Source: a virus (lineage: Duplodnaviria > Caudoviricetes). From it: a stretch of 25,881 bases of DNA. Positions within the stretch are counted from its first letter, which is position 1. The number at the start of each line of letters is the position of its first letter. The notes beneath the pieces are model-generated. The model was not told the DNA's origin and searched no databases. It saw only the letters and a list, made by a program, of their open reading frames with translations. Location: IMG/VR virus record IMGVR_UViG_3300044974_000384, positions 1-25,881 of that record, one strand, 5' to 3'. Position numbers and translations under genes: made by a program. Positions 14,889 to 22,529 of this stretch are shown in pieces.

Positions 14889-15827
14889 ATGGTCGCTGCC
14901 AACAGCAACTTTGATAATCTATTAACAACAACGCTTGCGAACTATCGCTCGACGTTGACCGACAACGTATTCACCGCACGTCCTTTGACTTACAAGTTGA
15001 TGGAGGGTGGCCGCATTCGCATGCTTAACGGTGGTACAAAAATCGTTGAGCCTCTAATCTACGGACAGAACAGCACAGTTGGTTCGTACAGCGGATACGA
15101 GACACTCTCGCTCACACCGCAAGAAGGCATCTCAGCAGCTGAGTTTGAGTGGAAGCAATATGCAGCTTCCATCGCAATCAGCGGCATCGAAGAAGCCAAG
15201 AACAACGGTGAGCAAGAAATCATCAACCTTCTTGAAGCCAAAATCATGCAGGCTGAGGAGTCAATGCGCGAGTCATTTAACCAAATGTTCTTCGCAGACG
15301 GCACCGGCAACAGCGGAAAAGACTGGAACGGCTTGGGCAACCTTGTTGAATCAGGCAACACCGTTGGTGGCATTAACTCGAGCACCTACTCGTGGTGGCA
15401 ATCAAAGGAAGACAATGACGCAGTTGCTTTGTCACTTGCTGACATGTCATCGCTTTACAACAACGTTTCAGTAGGTAACGACCACCCAGACTTGCTTCTC
15501 ACAACTCAAACTTTGTTTGAGAAGTACGAAGCCTTGTTGCAACCACAGTTGCGTTACACAGACACCAAGACAGCAGATGCTGGTTTCCAGAACCTTCTGT
15601 TCAAGGCTGCTCCTGTAATGTACGATGTGCATTGCACAGCTGGTGTGTTCTACATGCTCAACACTAAGTACCTCACACTTGTAGGTCACTCAGGCAAGTG
15701 GTTCTCACAGACAGCATTCGTGTCTCCAGAAGACGTAGATGCTCGTTACGCACTTATCATGTGCTACGGTAACTTGACAGTCCGTAACCGTGCTAAGCAG
15801 GGTAAACTGACAGCCAAGACAGCCTAA
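14889..15827 (+). CDS. Major capsid protein (HK97 fold expected)
   Basis: AGGAG RBS; 312 aa; strongly biased codons (AAC/TAC/TTC/ATC); DNVF...PL, FFADGTG...NGL motifs; position after scaffold. Confidence 0.9.
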   Translation: MVAANSNFDNLLTTTLANYRSTLTDNVFTARPLTYKLMEGGRIRMLNGGTKIVEPLIYGQNSTVGSYSGYETLSLTPQEGISAAEFEWKQYAASIAISGIEEAKNNGEQEIINLLEAKIMQAEESMRESFNQMFFADGTGNSGKDWNGLGNLVESGNTVGGINSSTYSWWQSKEDNDAVALSLADMSSLYNNVSVGNDHPDLLLTTQTLFEKYEALLQPQLRYTDTKTADAGFQNLLFKAAPVMYDVHCTAGVFYMLNTKYLTLVGHSGKWFSQTAFVSPEDVDARYALIMCYGNLTVRNRAKQGKLTAKTA

Positions 15828-15855
15828 TAACTTTAACAATTAAGGAGAAACTACA

Positions 15856-16269
15856 ATGCCATTAATCGCAAATGACACAGACGGTGCAGTAACACGCAAG
15901 CGTCTTGAAACTTGGGCAGCCAAGGAAGAAAAAGTAACTGTTGTTGCAGCAACTGACGCAGCAACCACACAATCAGCAGCAACACTTGCTGGAGCAGCAG
16001 AGGTCGTCTACACAATGACCCCAACTACAGGTCGTGCCCTCACGACACCAACAGGTGCTGAATTGGGTGCAGCTTTTACAGACGAAGCAGTTGGAAGTTC
16101 TTTCCGATTCTCGGTTGTGAACCTTGCAGCATCAACACACGCAATTACCCTCACGGCTGGCGCTTCTGGCGTAACGCTTGTAGGTAGTGCAACAATCGCA
16201 GCTGCTAGTTCAGCTACGTTTGTTGGTGTTTTCACCGCAGCAAATACGGTTAGCATCTACCGCAAATAG
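15856..16269 (+). CDS. Putative capsid decoration/cement protein
   Basis: AAGGAG RBS; Ala/Thr-rich 137 aa directly after the major capsid gene. Confidence 0.65.
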   Translation: MPLIANDTDGAVTRKRLETWAAKEEKVTVVAATDAATTQSAATLAGAAEVVYTMTPTTGRALTTPTGAELGAAFTDEAVGSSFRFSVVNLAASTHAITLTAGASGVTLVGSATIAAASSATFVGVFTAANTVSIYRK

Positions 16270-16278
16270 ATATAATGT

Positions 16279-16307
16279 TTGGGTGGGGGATAAAAGCCCC
16301 CACCCAA
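16279..16307 (+). terminator. Hairpin after the capsid genes (no U-tract)
   Basis: ttgggtggggg-ataaaag-cccccacccaa, perfect 11 bp stem. Confidence 0.55.
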
Positions 16308-16329
16308 CAACTATTAAAAGGAGAAAGCA

Positions 16330-16644
16330 ATGCCATCAGCAAAACGTAAACCAGTTCGTAAGGCGATGCGAAGCGCAGATGCTTACGGTAGCCCAGCCAG
16401 AAAACAAGGCGTAGCAAAAGGAACATACAAATCAGGTGGTTTGTACAGTTCGGGTCGTGCTATGGCAATAGCTCCAGGCACCAAGAAGCGTGCAAAGTTT
16501 CGTGATTCAGATACGAAGTTGGGTAAAACAACTTCGGCAAAAGAGCGCAACATGCCTGCTAAGCGTCAGAATGTAACATCGTACAAGCCTCGCAAGGGTG
16601 CGGATGCTTACGGTTCGCCACGCAAAAAAAATAGTCCACGATAA
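16330..16644 (+). CDS. Lys/Arg-rich protein with two ADAYGSP repeats
   Basis: AAGGAG RBS; SADAYGSPARK and GADAYGSPRKK. Confidence 0.75.
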   Translation: MPSAKRKPVRKAMRSADAYGSPARKQGVAKGTYKSGGLYSSGRAMAIAPGTKKRAKFRDSDTKLGKTTSAKERNMPAKRQNVTSYKPRKGADAYGSPRKKNSPR

Positions 16645-16650
16645 TTAATC

Positions 16651-16971
16651 ATGCGTGGAATGGAAGAAGCTTTTGGGATGGGCGCTGGTGCGTCTGTCCG
16701 TAAAGGCAAAACAGTAAAGCAAGTTCGCCGTGCAAGAAAACAAATTAATGCGGTAAAAAAGGCAAAAACCAAAGTAAGCACGAAACCAGAAATGCGAACA
16801 AACAATACTTCTGCCCGAAAAGCGTACATAGGTCAAAAGGTTGCAGCACCTAAAACCAACCTTTCGTCTGGTGGCAGATTTATGCAAAGCGCCGATACCC
16901 GAGAATCAGTTCGGGACGCTTATCGCAAAATCAAGAATCGTCGCAGAAGTGGTTTGACCCAAAAAAGTTAA
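16651..16971 (+). CDS. Lys/Arg-rich protein (106 aa)
   Basis: Fills the gap in the + strand operon; very basic; start site uncertain. Confidence 0.6.
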   Translation: MRGMEEAFGMGAGASVRKGKTVKQVRRARKQINAVKKAKTKVSTKPEMRTNNTSARKAYIGQKVAAPKTNLSSGGRFMQSADTRESVRDAYRKIKNRRRSGLTQKS

Positions 16972-16983
16972 TTAATTCGTAAT

Positions 16984-17020
16984 TTGGGGTGTGCCCCCCA
17001 CCTTCCAGGGCATACCCCAA
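16984..17020 (+). terminator. 13 bp hairpin with pyrimidine-rich loop
   Basis: ttggggtgtgccc-cccaccttcca-gggcataccccaa; one G-U pair favours + strand RNA. Confidence 0.55.
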
Positions 17021-17042
17021 GTAACGAAAAGGACAAGTAGTG
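17021..17042 (+). promoter_or_regulatory. GTAACG-N11-TAGTG motif abutting ATG
   Basis: gtaacg-aaaaggacaag-tagtg-ATG(17043). Confidence 0.55.
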
Positions 17043-17258
17043 ATGAAGAACGCACAATTGTCCGGTGAATATTACGGCGTACCAATACAAGGTATCCGTC
17101 CTTCCGCAGAAGTTCCAGGCTCACGCCAAGCACCACCAAGCGGTCCATATCTTGGACGCGGTAATTTTTGTGCTGCAAACGATGATACATGTACGGGTCG
17201 AAAAGCCAAAGGCACCGATTACTGCATGGGGCATCTACGAAGCAGAGGTGAATCATAA
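17043..17258 (+). CDS. Small CCCH-type zinc-binding protein
   Basis: C-x6-C-x10-C-x2-H (CAANDDTC...YCMGH); TAATG coupling to the next gene. Confidence 0.7.
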   Translation: MKNAQLSGEYYGVPIQGIRPSAEVPGSRQAPPSGPYLGRGNFCAANDDTCTGRKAKGTDYCMGHLRSRGES

Positions 17259-17953
17259 TGACAATGAGCCTTGCCGATGTTCGCACTATGGTGCGAAACA
17301 TCTCCGACCTTGATTCGGTAGATTTGCCAAACACCATTATTGACAATGCTGTGAAAGAAGCATTTCAGCGCATTATCGCTCTTGAGCGCCGATGGCCAAA
17401 ATACCAAGAAACGTACACATTCAACACAGTTGCAAGTCAGCGACCATACACAATATCTACAATTGGCGATATTCGAGAAGTCATATCTCTCGTAGACACA
17501 TCTAGCGCAGGTAGTCGTTTAACGATGATTCCCTACGACAACGCAGAAGACATTTGGTTGGGTAATACTGACGTTCCTTCCCGCCCATACTTTTACGCAA
17601 TATGGGATGCACAGCTACACCTATATCCAAAGCCTGATGCCATTTATGCGATAACACTTCGCGCTTATCGGAACCCTGTTTACACTTGGTTGACGAACAC
17701 ATCTGAGGCAATTGACCTTGATGAGTGGTTCCATGTTTTGCTTGCATATTTTGTGTTGGCTCGTGTTTATCAGCGCCAAGAAGACCCAGAGCTTTCAGCA
17801 ATGTATCTCAGGTCGTTTGAAGAAGGCGTAGCTATGGCTCGCCGTGACTTGATGAAGACCCCTAGCGCAAGACCTTTGTTGATGTCGGCTGGTAGGCAGT
17901 ATCCAACTATGCGTCGTTGGCTGCAAACCCTTGGCGCAACGCTAGGTACATAA
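17258..17953 (+). CDS. Head-tail adaptor (tail tubular protein A-like)
   Basis: 231 aa; LHLYPKPD...Y motif and FHVLLAYFVLA helix; position before the nozzle gene. Confidence 0.75.
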   Translation: MTMSLADVRTMVRNISDLDSVDLPNTIIDNAVKEAFQRIIALERRWPKYQETYTFNTVASQRPYTISTIGDIREVISLVDTSSAGSRLTMIPYDNAEDIWLGNTDVPSRPYFYAIWDAQLHLYPKPDAIYAITLRAYRNPVYTWLTNTSEAIDLDEWFHVLLAYFVLARVYQRQEDPELSAMYLRSFEEGVAMARRDLMKTPSARPLLMSAGRQYPTMRRWLQTLGATLGT

Positions 17954-19560
17954 TGGCTCAGATTCTTCTTGAGCGCTATGACGACTTTACTGGCGGCCTG
18001 AATCTTCGAGCCGACCAGTTCTTGCTTGCCAAAAACGAGTCGCCAGACATGCTCAATGTTGAAATTGACCCTCGTGGTGGCGTGTTTAGTCGTGGTGCAA
18101 TGCAGCGTTTAAATACAACTGCTGTTGCAGGTACTTGGGCACCTGACAAACTTCATGCCTTCTATGGTGCTACGTCAACAATTATGTTGGCGAATAGCAC
18201 AAAGGTTTATCGTTCTACTGGTGGAAACTTTTCTACTCTTGCCTACTCATCGGGTAACGACATTGCTACAACGAACGCGCATGGCGCGTCGTTTGCCAAT
18301 TGGGGTTCAACGCTATATATCAGCACAGGAGCAACAGCAACGGCTGGATACAAATGGAATACAACAGACACATACGCAACAGCCTTAACCGCATCTGGTC
18401 CTACATGGCAAGCTTATGTAAGTCCCGTGGGTGGATACATGCCAAAAGCGGAACACAACATTGTGCATGCCAACAAAATGTTCGTAGCCAATACAAGGGA
18501 AAATGGCGTAAATTATCCTGACCGAGTGCGTTGGTCGCACGAAGGTTTGCCCGAGGATTGGATGGAAGACGACTACATTGACGTCAAGGGCGGCGGTAGT
18601 GGAATAAATGGCTTGGCTGTCGTGCAGGGTCAACTAGTTATTTTCAAAACTAATGCAATCTATTTGTTGGTTGGTACGGAATCAGACAACTTTAATGTTG
18701 TGGAATTGACAAATACTCTTGGTTGTTCTAGCCGCAACAGTATTGCCGCAGCGGAACAAGGTGTGTTTTTTTACTCAACCCCAGAGGGTTTATTTTATTA
18801 CAACGGTTCTGTGGTTGAAGATGTTTTTGATGCCTTGCGCCCAATTGTGGACGACAAAGAACTTAGTGCATTGAGCACGGAACCTTATAGCGTTTCCTAT
18901 GTTGGTCGTCGTGTTTGGTTGGCTTTGCCGTACGATGATACATCGTCGGCAACAGCCCCAACTGTTAATTTTGTTTTTGACCCATCACTTGGTCGTGGTG
19001 GTGCATACATGCAGTTTGCTACAGCAGACAGCAAGGGTGTTATTGGTGGCATTAACTGGACCGATTCAAACAATGACAATTTACGATTGATGATTCACCC
19101 AACACAACCGTATGTGTTGAAAGTTGATTTGTACGACGAGGAACAAGACAACATCGCGGGAACGCCTGCTGGTTTTGCTTCATACTACAGAACCGGTTGG
19201 ATTGATGGCAGAACCTATGCTCAGAAGAAAATGTTCCGCCGTCCAGATATTGCTTTTAAGCAAGTTGACACACAAAGAATTGTAAACGTGAAAGTGTTTC
19301 ACGATTACGAAGAATCATCTGGTTCTGAACGCAAACAATTTAATGCAACCCTTGGTGCAGCGGGTGAAGGAATGATTTGGGGTACCGACCTTTGGGGGAC
19401 TGGTTTGTGGGGTAAGCAATCAGAAGGTGTTCAAATTATTAATGGTTCAAATCTTGGTTTTTGCCGTTCGGTAAGTTTATTGTTTACTGGACCACTATCG
19501 CTTGACTGGGGTTTTGACTCTATTGCAATTAAGTACAACAACCGAAAGATGACAGGATAA
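17953..19560 (+). CDS. Tail nozzle / stabilisation protein (tubular protein B / P22 gp10-like)
   Basis: 535 aa, beta-rich; DFTGGLN...MLNVEID..GG N-terminus; RVRWS...PEDW; LVIFK..AIY motifs. Confidence 0.8.
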   Translation: MAQILLERYDDFTGGLNLRADQFLLAKNESPDMLNVEIDPRGGVFSRGAMQRLNTTAVAGTWAPDKLHAFYGATSTIMLANSTKVYRSTGGNFSTLAYSSGNDIATTNAHGASFANWGSTLYISTGATATAGYKWNTTDTYATALTASGPTWQAYVSPVGGYMPKAEHNIVHANKMFVANTRENGVNYPDRVRWSHEGLPEDWMEDDYIDVKGGGSGINGLAVVQGQLVIFKTNAIYLLVGTESDNFNVVELTNTLGCSSRNSIAAAEQGVFFYSTPEGLFYYNGSVVEDVFDALRPIVDDKELSALSTEPYSVSYVGRRVWLALPYDDTSSATAPTVNFVFDPSLGRGGAYMQFATADSKGVIGGINWTDSNNDNLRLMIHPTQPYVLKVDLYDEEQDNIAGTPAGFASYYRTGWIDGRTYAQKKMFRRPDIAFKQVDTQRIVNVKVFHDYEESSGSERKQFNATLGAAGEGMIWGTDLWGTGLWGKQSEGVQIINGSNLGFCRSVSLLFTGPLSLDWGFDSIAIKYNNRKMTG

Positions 19561-19853
19561 TGCCACTTACAGTACCTTATTCATTTACCAACGGAACAGT
19601 TGCTGAAGCTGGTGAAGTTAATAGCAACTTCACCGCTATTAAAACATTTGTTGATGGTTTGGCAACTGGTGCAAACATTGACAACAATGCACTCGACTCC
19701 GATAACCTAACTGCAACTGGCGTAACTGCTGGTTCGTACACAACTGCGGATATCACCGTTGATGCTAAGGGTCGTATTACGGCCGCTTCTAGCGGCAGTA
19801 GCGTAACCGGCGATAGCGACCAGGTTGTGTTGGGTTCGCAGGTATTTGGATAA
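19560..19853 (+). CDS. Short tail-fibre anchor (97 aa)
   Basis: FTNGTVAEAGEVNSNF head-binding-type start; GVTAGSYT...ITVDAKGRITAAS fibre repeat. Confidence 0.7.
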   Translation: MPLTVPYSFTNGTVAEAGEVNSNFTAIKTFVDGLATGANIDNNALDSDNLTATGVTAGSYTTADITVDAKGRITAASSGSSVTGDSDQVVLGSQVFG

Positions 19854-20026
19854 TGAGAACATGGAACACTCCAATTGTCAACGCATTGAAGACGGACGAC
19901 GCTATTGCGTTGCAACAAATCTTTTCTTCGTTGTCGCAGGAGATTGGTCGCATTAATGAAAAAATTGAACAGATACAAATTGAAATGGCTCAATCAAATC
20001 GCAGGGATTATCAAAGGATTAAGTAA
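19853..20026 (+). CDS. Small coiled-coil protein (57 aa), missing from the ORF track
   Basis: MRTWNTPIVNALKTDDAIALQQIFSSLSQEIGRINEKIEQIQIEMAQSNRRDYQRIK; TAATG overlaps at both ends. Confidence 0.75.
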   Translation: MRTWNTPIVNALKTDDAIALQQIFSSLSQEIGRINEKIEQIQIEMAQSNRRDYQRIK

Positions 20027-20460
20027 TGGCATATAATCCAGCTGAATACGAAGCTCGCAGGCGCGGGTACACGCAACAATATGGCGCAACTGGGGCCATG
20101 AATGCTTATGCTAATTTTCTTGCTCGCCAACGAGGAACTCGTGGGCGTCAAGATATGTTGCGTCAATACGAAGAAGCACAACCAAGAGTTGTAGCGGGAT
20201 ATTCTCGACGTGGACTCGTTGGCCCAAATGTTAAGTCAGGTATTTTTTCTCGTGGGCTACAGACCTTAGCCAAACAACGCGCTCGTAATCTTGGGGATTA
20301 CGACCAGGAACAATTGGGAGAACAGCGGATGTATGACCTTGGCGAAGCGCAGCGTCTTGAGGCGTTCAAGAATCAACTTGCTGACATGGAGTCGGAAAAA
20401 GCACAAACCATTGCTAATGCTGCACGTCAGCTTTACGCAAACAGAATGGGGATGATTTAA
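20026..20460 (+). CDS. Putative ejection/internal virion protein
   Basis: Gln/Ala/Arg-rich helical protein after the tail genes; translationally coupled. Confidence 0.6.
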   Translation: MAYNPAEYEARRRGYTQQYGATGAMNAYANFLARQRGTRGRQDMLRQYEEAQPRVVAGYSRRGLVGPNVKSGIFSRGLQTLAKQRARNLGDYDQEQLGEQRMYDLGEAQRLEAFKNQLADMESEKAQTIANAARQLYANRMGMI

Positions 20461-21638
20461 TGTCTAATATGAAAAATACAGTTGAGGAATCTGGCGTTAT
20501 CCGTTGGGACCCAGCAGGCAAAGGTTTTAATCCATACACGGGTATGGAAAATGATTTTAGAACTGTTACCAGTCCAATTCCCAGCACCTACGAGAATGAG
20601 TTACGCGCGACAATAGCGCAAGGAAATCCTGAGGCATATGATTTGGCATATAAACCATCCAACGCAAATAATAATTGGTTTAAATTAGCACAAGCATTGG
20701 GTGCTTATGGTTCTGGTAGTGGTGGCGGGGACAGCGGAGCAACAAGACTTGGTTATGCCGAACTTGAATATAAGCGTCGAAAAGATGCGCAAGAGCGCCA
20801 AGACGCTCTTGCTGCATTGGGTTACGACCGTGCACAAAGCGCTCGCATTCTGGGTGGAATGGAAAACTATTACACGAGCGGTCAGTACGGCAAAGGCTTT
20901 GATGAACTGCTTAACATGATTAATCAACAGGGTGCACTCTCCGAAGGTAATGTTCGGGATGCCTATGGTCGTGCGCAAACAAACATCGGCCAGGGATACG
21001 ATGTGGCATCTGGCTTGGGTACGGCTGGTTTTAATGCCCTCAACCAATATCTTGCACAAAATCAAAACAACCCCTATGCTGGCATGCAGGCAACTGCTGG
21101 AACCGCACCAGACGCTCTTACAAGCTATCTGAGCGCCTATGGTGTGTCCGACCAGCCTGTGCAGGGACAGATTCAAGCAGACCAGCTACAGGCTCAACAG
21201 GGGGCTGCAAACTATCAAAACCTTATTGATGTTCTTAGCGGTATTGCTCAGCAAGGTGCTGGTTCTCGTGGTGCCGAGTCCCAGATGGCACAGTTGTTGT
21301 TTAATACTGGTTTAGGTCAAGAACGTGCTGGTTATCAAGGACAGGCAGAGAATGCGCAAGCGCAAGCGCTTGCCGCATTACAGCAACAGTTGTTCCAGTC
21401 TAGGTTTGGTGTTCAGTCTGACCGCAATAGTTTGGCTAATCAATTGGCTCAACAAATTATTCAAGCTGGTGGCAGTTTGTCTGGTGGCACATCGGGCGAT
21501 GGTGGTAAACAACCCGTAGTTCCTCCATCCTCGGTTGAACAAATATTGCAAGAGATTGCAGCTCGACAAGAGGCTGGTACGCAAACTGGCGGTCTTTCGG
21601 GCGGTATTGCCCCAGGCTTAGAAGCGTATGCGATTTAG
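20460..21638 (+). CDS. Putative ejection (DNA pilot-like) protein
   Basis: 392 aa, Gln/Gly/Ala-rich, no Cys; typical podovirus position. Confidence 0.65.
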   Translation: MSNMKNTVEESGVIRWDPAGKGFNPYTGMENDFRTVTSPIPSTYENELRATIAQGNPEAYDLAYKPSNANNNWFKLAQALGAYGSGSGGGDSGATRLGYAELEYKRRKDAQERQDALAALGYDRAQSARILGGMENYYTSGQYGKGFDELLNMINQQGALSEGNVRDAYGRAQTNIGQGYDVASGLGTAGFNALNQYLAQNQNNPYAGMQATAGTAPDALTSYLSAYGVSDQPVQGQIQADQLQAQQGAANYQNLIDVLSGIAQQGAGSRGAESQMAQLLFNTGLGQERAGYQGQAENAQAQALAALQQQLFQSRFGVQSDRNSLANQLAQQIIQAGGSLSGGTSGDGGKQPVVPPSSVEQILQEIAARQEAGTQTGGLSGGIAPGLEAYAI

Positions 21639-21639
21639 G

Positions 21640-21660
21640 GTAACGAAAGGACTATAAGAC
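21640..21660 (+). promoter_or_regulatory. GTAACG motif filling an intergenic gap
   Basis: gtaacg-aaaggactataagac-GTG(21661). Confidence 0.5.
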
Positions 21661-22527
21661 GTGGACCCGCTTGAGGAATTTTATTTGCGTTTAGCGCAAA
21701 TGGGCCAACTTGCTGGCAAACCTGGTTCTCAACTTAACACCGGCGATTTGGGAACTCTTTTTTCCCCAAACCTTGGACTTTTGACAGGAACATTAACGGA
21801 CACAGGCCAGAGCGAAGAAGACATATACGCTTCGGTTGCGCCCAATATTTCTCGTGTTAAAAATAATCCAGATGCTGACCCGATTGCCACTTTAATAGTA
21901 CAAAATCTTGAGGGTGGATTTTCATTGCCACAAACACTTATTGAACTTCGCAAAAAAGTTTCTGGTGGAGATTTGAAAGCGTATCAAGAATATGCAAAAG
22001 AAGTTAGCAAAGAAATGGGCGATGTTAAGTCTGCTCTTGGTAAAAGAAAAACCGTTGCTTCCGAAGCTGGTTTTCCCGAGCCAGGGGCACAGTACGACCC
22101 AACACCGTTGATGTCTAATATTTATTCCCGGTTGATGCAACAAGCTCAGCCAATAACACCACCAGTACCCGCTGTTGTTCCTGCATCTGAAAAGAAAAAT
22201 GAAGTTGGATTTAAGGCTTTAGCTAAGACTTTAAATCCAATTGCGTTGCTTAGTAAATTGCCTATTACGCCTCGCTTAACGGTACGGCGCCCTAGTAGTG
22301 ATAAAAAACGTGTGGCACAAGAAGAACAATACACAAAGGCCAACGAAGTACGGGTTAAGCTTGCCGAAAAAAAAGCAGAAGATATTAAAAATATTTTGGC
22401 TGGTGCCATGCAGAAAAACAGTCTTGCTGGTAGCCCTTTTATGGACGAGGTTATGAAGCGCACCATTATGAAAAGGTTGATAGAAAACCCTGGAGCAATT
22501 AATAAATTAACAAAACCGCAAGGGTAA
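21661..22527 (+). CDS. Putative internal virion protein (288 aa)
   Basis: GTG start after AAAGGA; lies within the ejection-protein cluster. Confidence 0.65.
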   Translation: MDPLEEFYLRLAQMGQLAGKPGSQLNTGDLGTLFSPNLGLLTGTLTDTGQSEEDIYASVAPNISRVKNNPDADPIATLIVQNLEGGFSLPQTLIELRKKVSGGDLKAYQEYAKEVSKEMGDVKSALGKRKTVASEAGFPEPGAQYDPTPLMSNIYSRLMQQAQPITPPVPAVVPASEKKNEVGFKALAKTLNPIALLSKLPITPRLTVRRPSSDKKRVAQEEQYTKANEVRVKLAEKKAEDIKNILAGAMQKNSLAGSPFMDEVMKRTIMKRLIENPGAINKLTKPQG

Positions 22528-22529
22528 CT

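Noticed and set aside
15810-15856. Programmed frameshift or readthrough extending the capsid protein
   Set aside because: Double TAA TAA stop, no slippery heptamer seen, and the next gene has its own strong RBS
16271-16276. TATAAT as a sigma70 -10 box
   Set aside because: No recognisable -35 at 16-18 nt and no extended TG
4787-18260. GTAACG hexamers inside CDSs (near 4787, 5225, 5551, 15475, 16171, 18254)
   Set aside because: Coding context, without the downstream TA(T/G)(T/A)G-plus-start arrangement; consistent with chance or codon pairs
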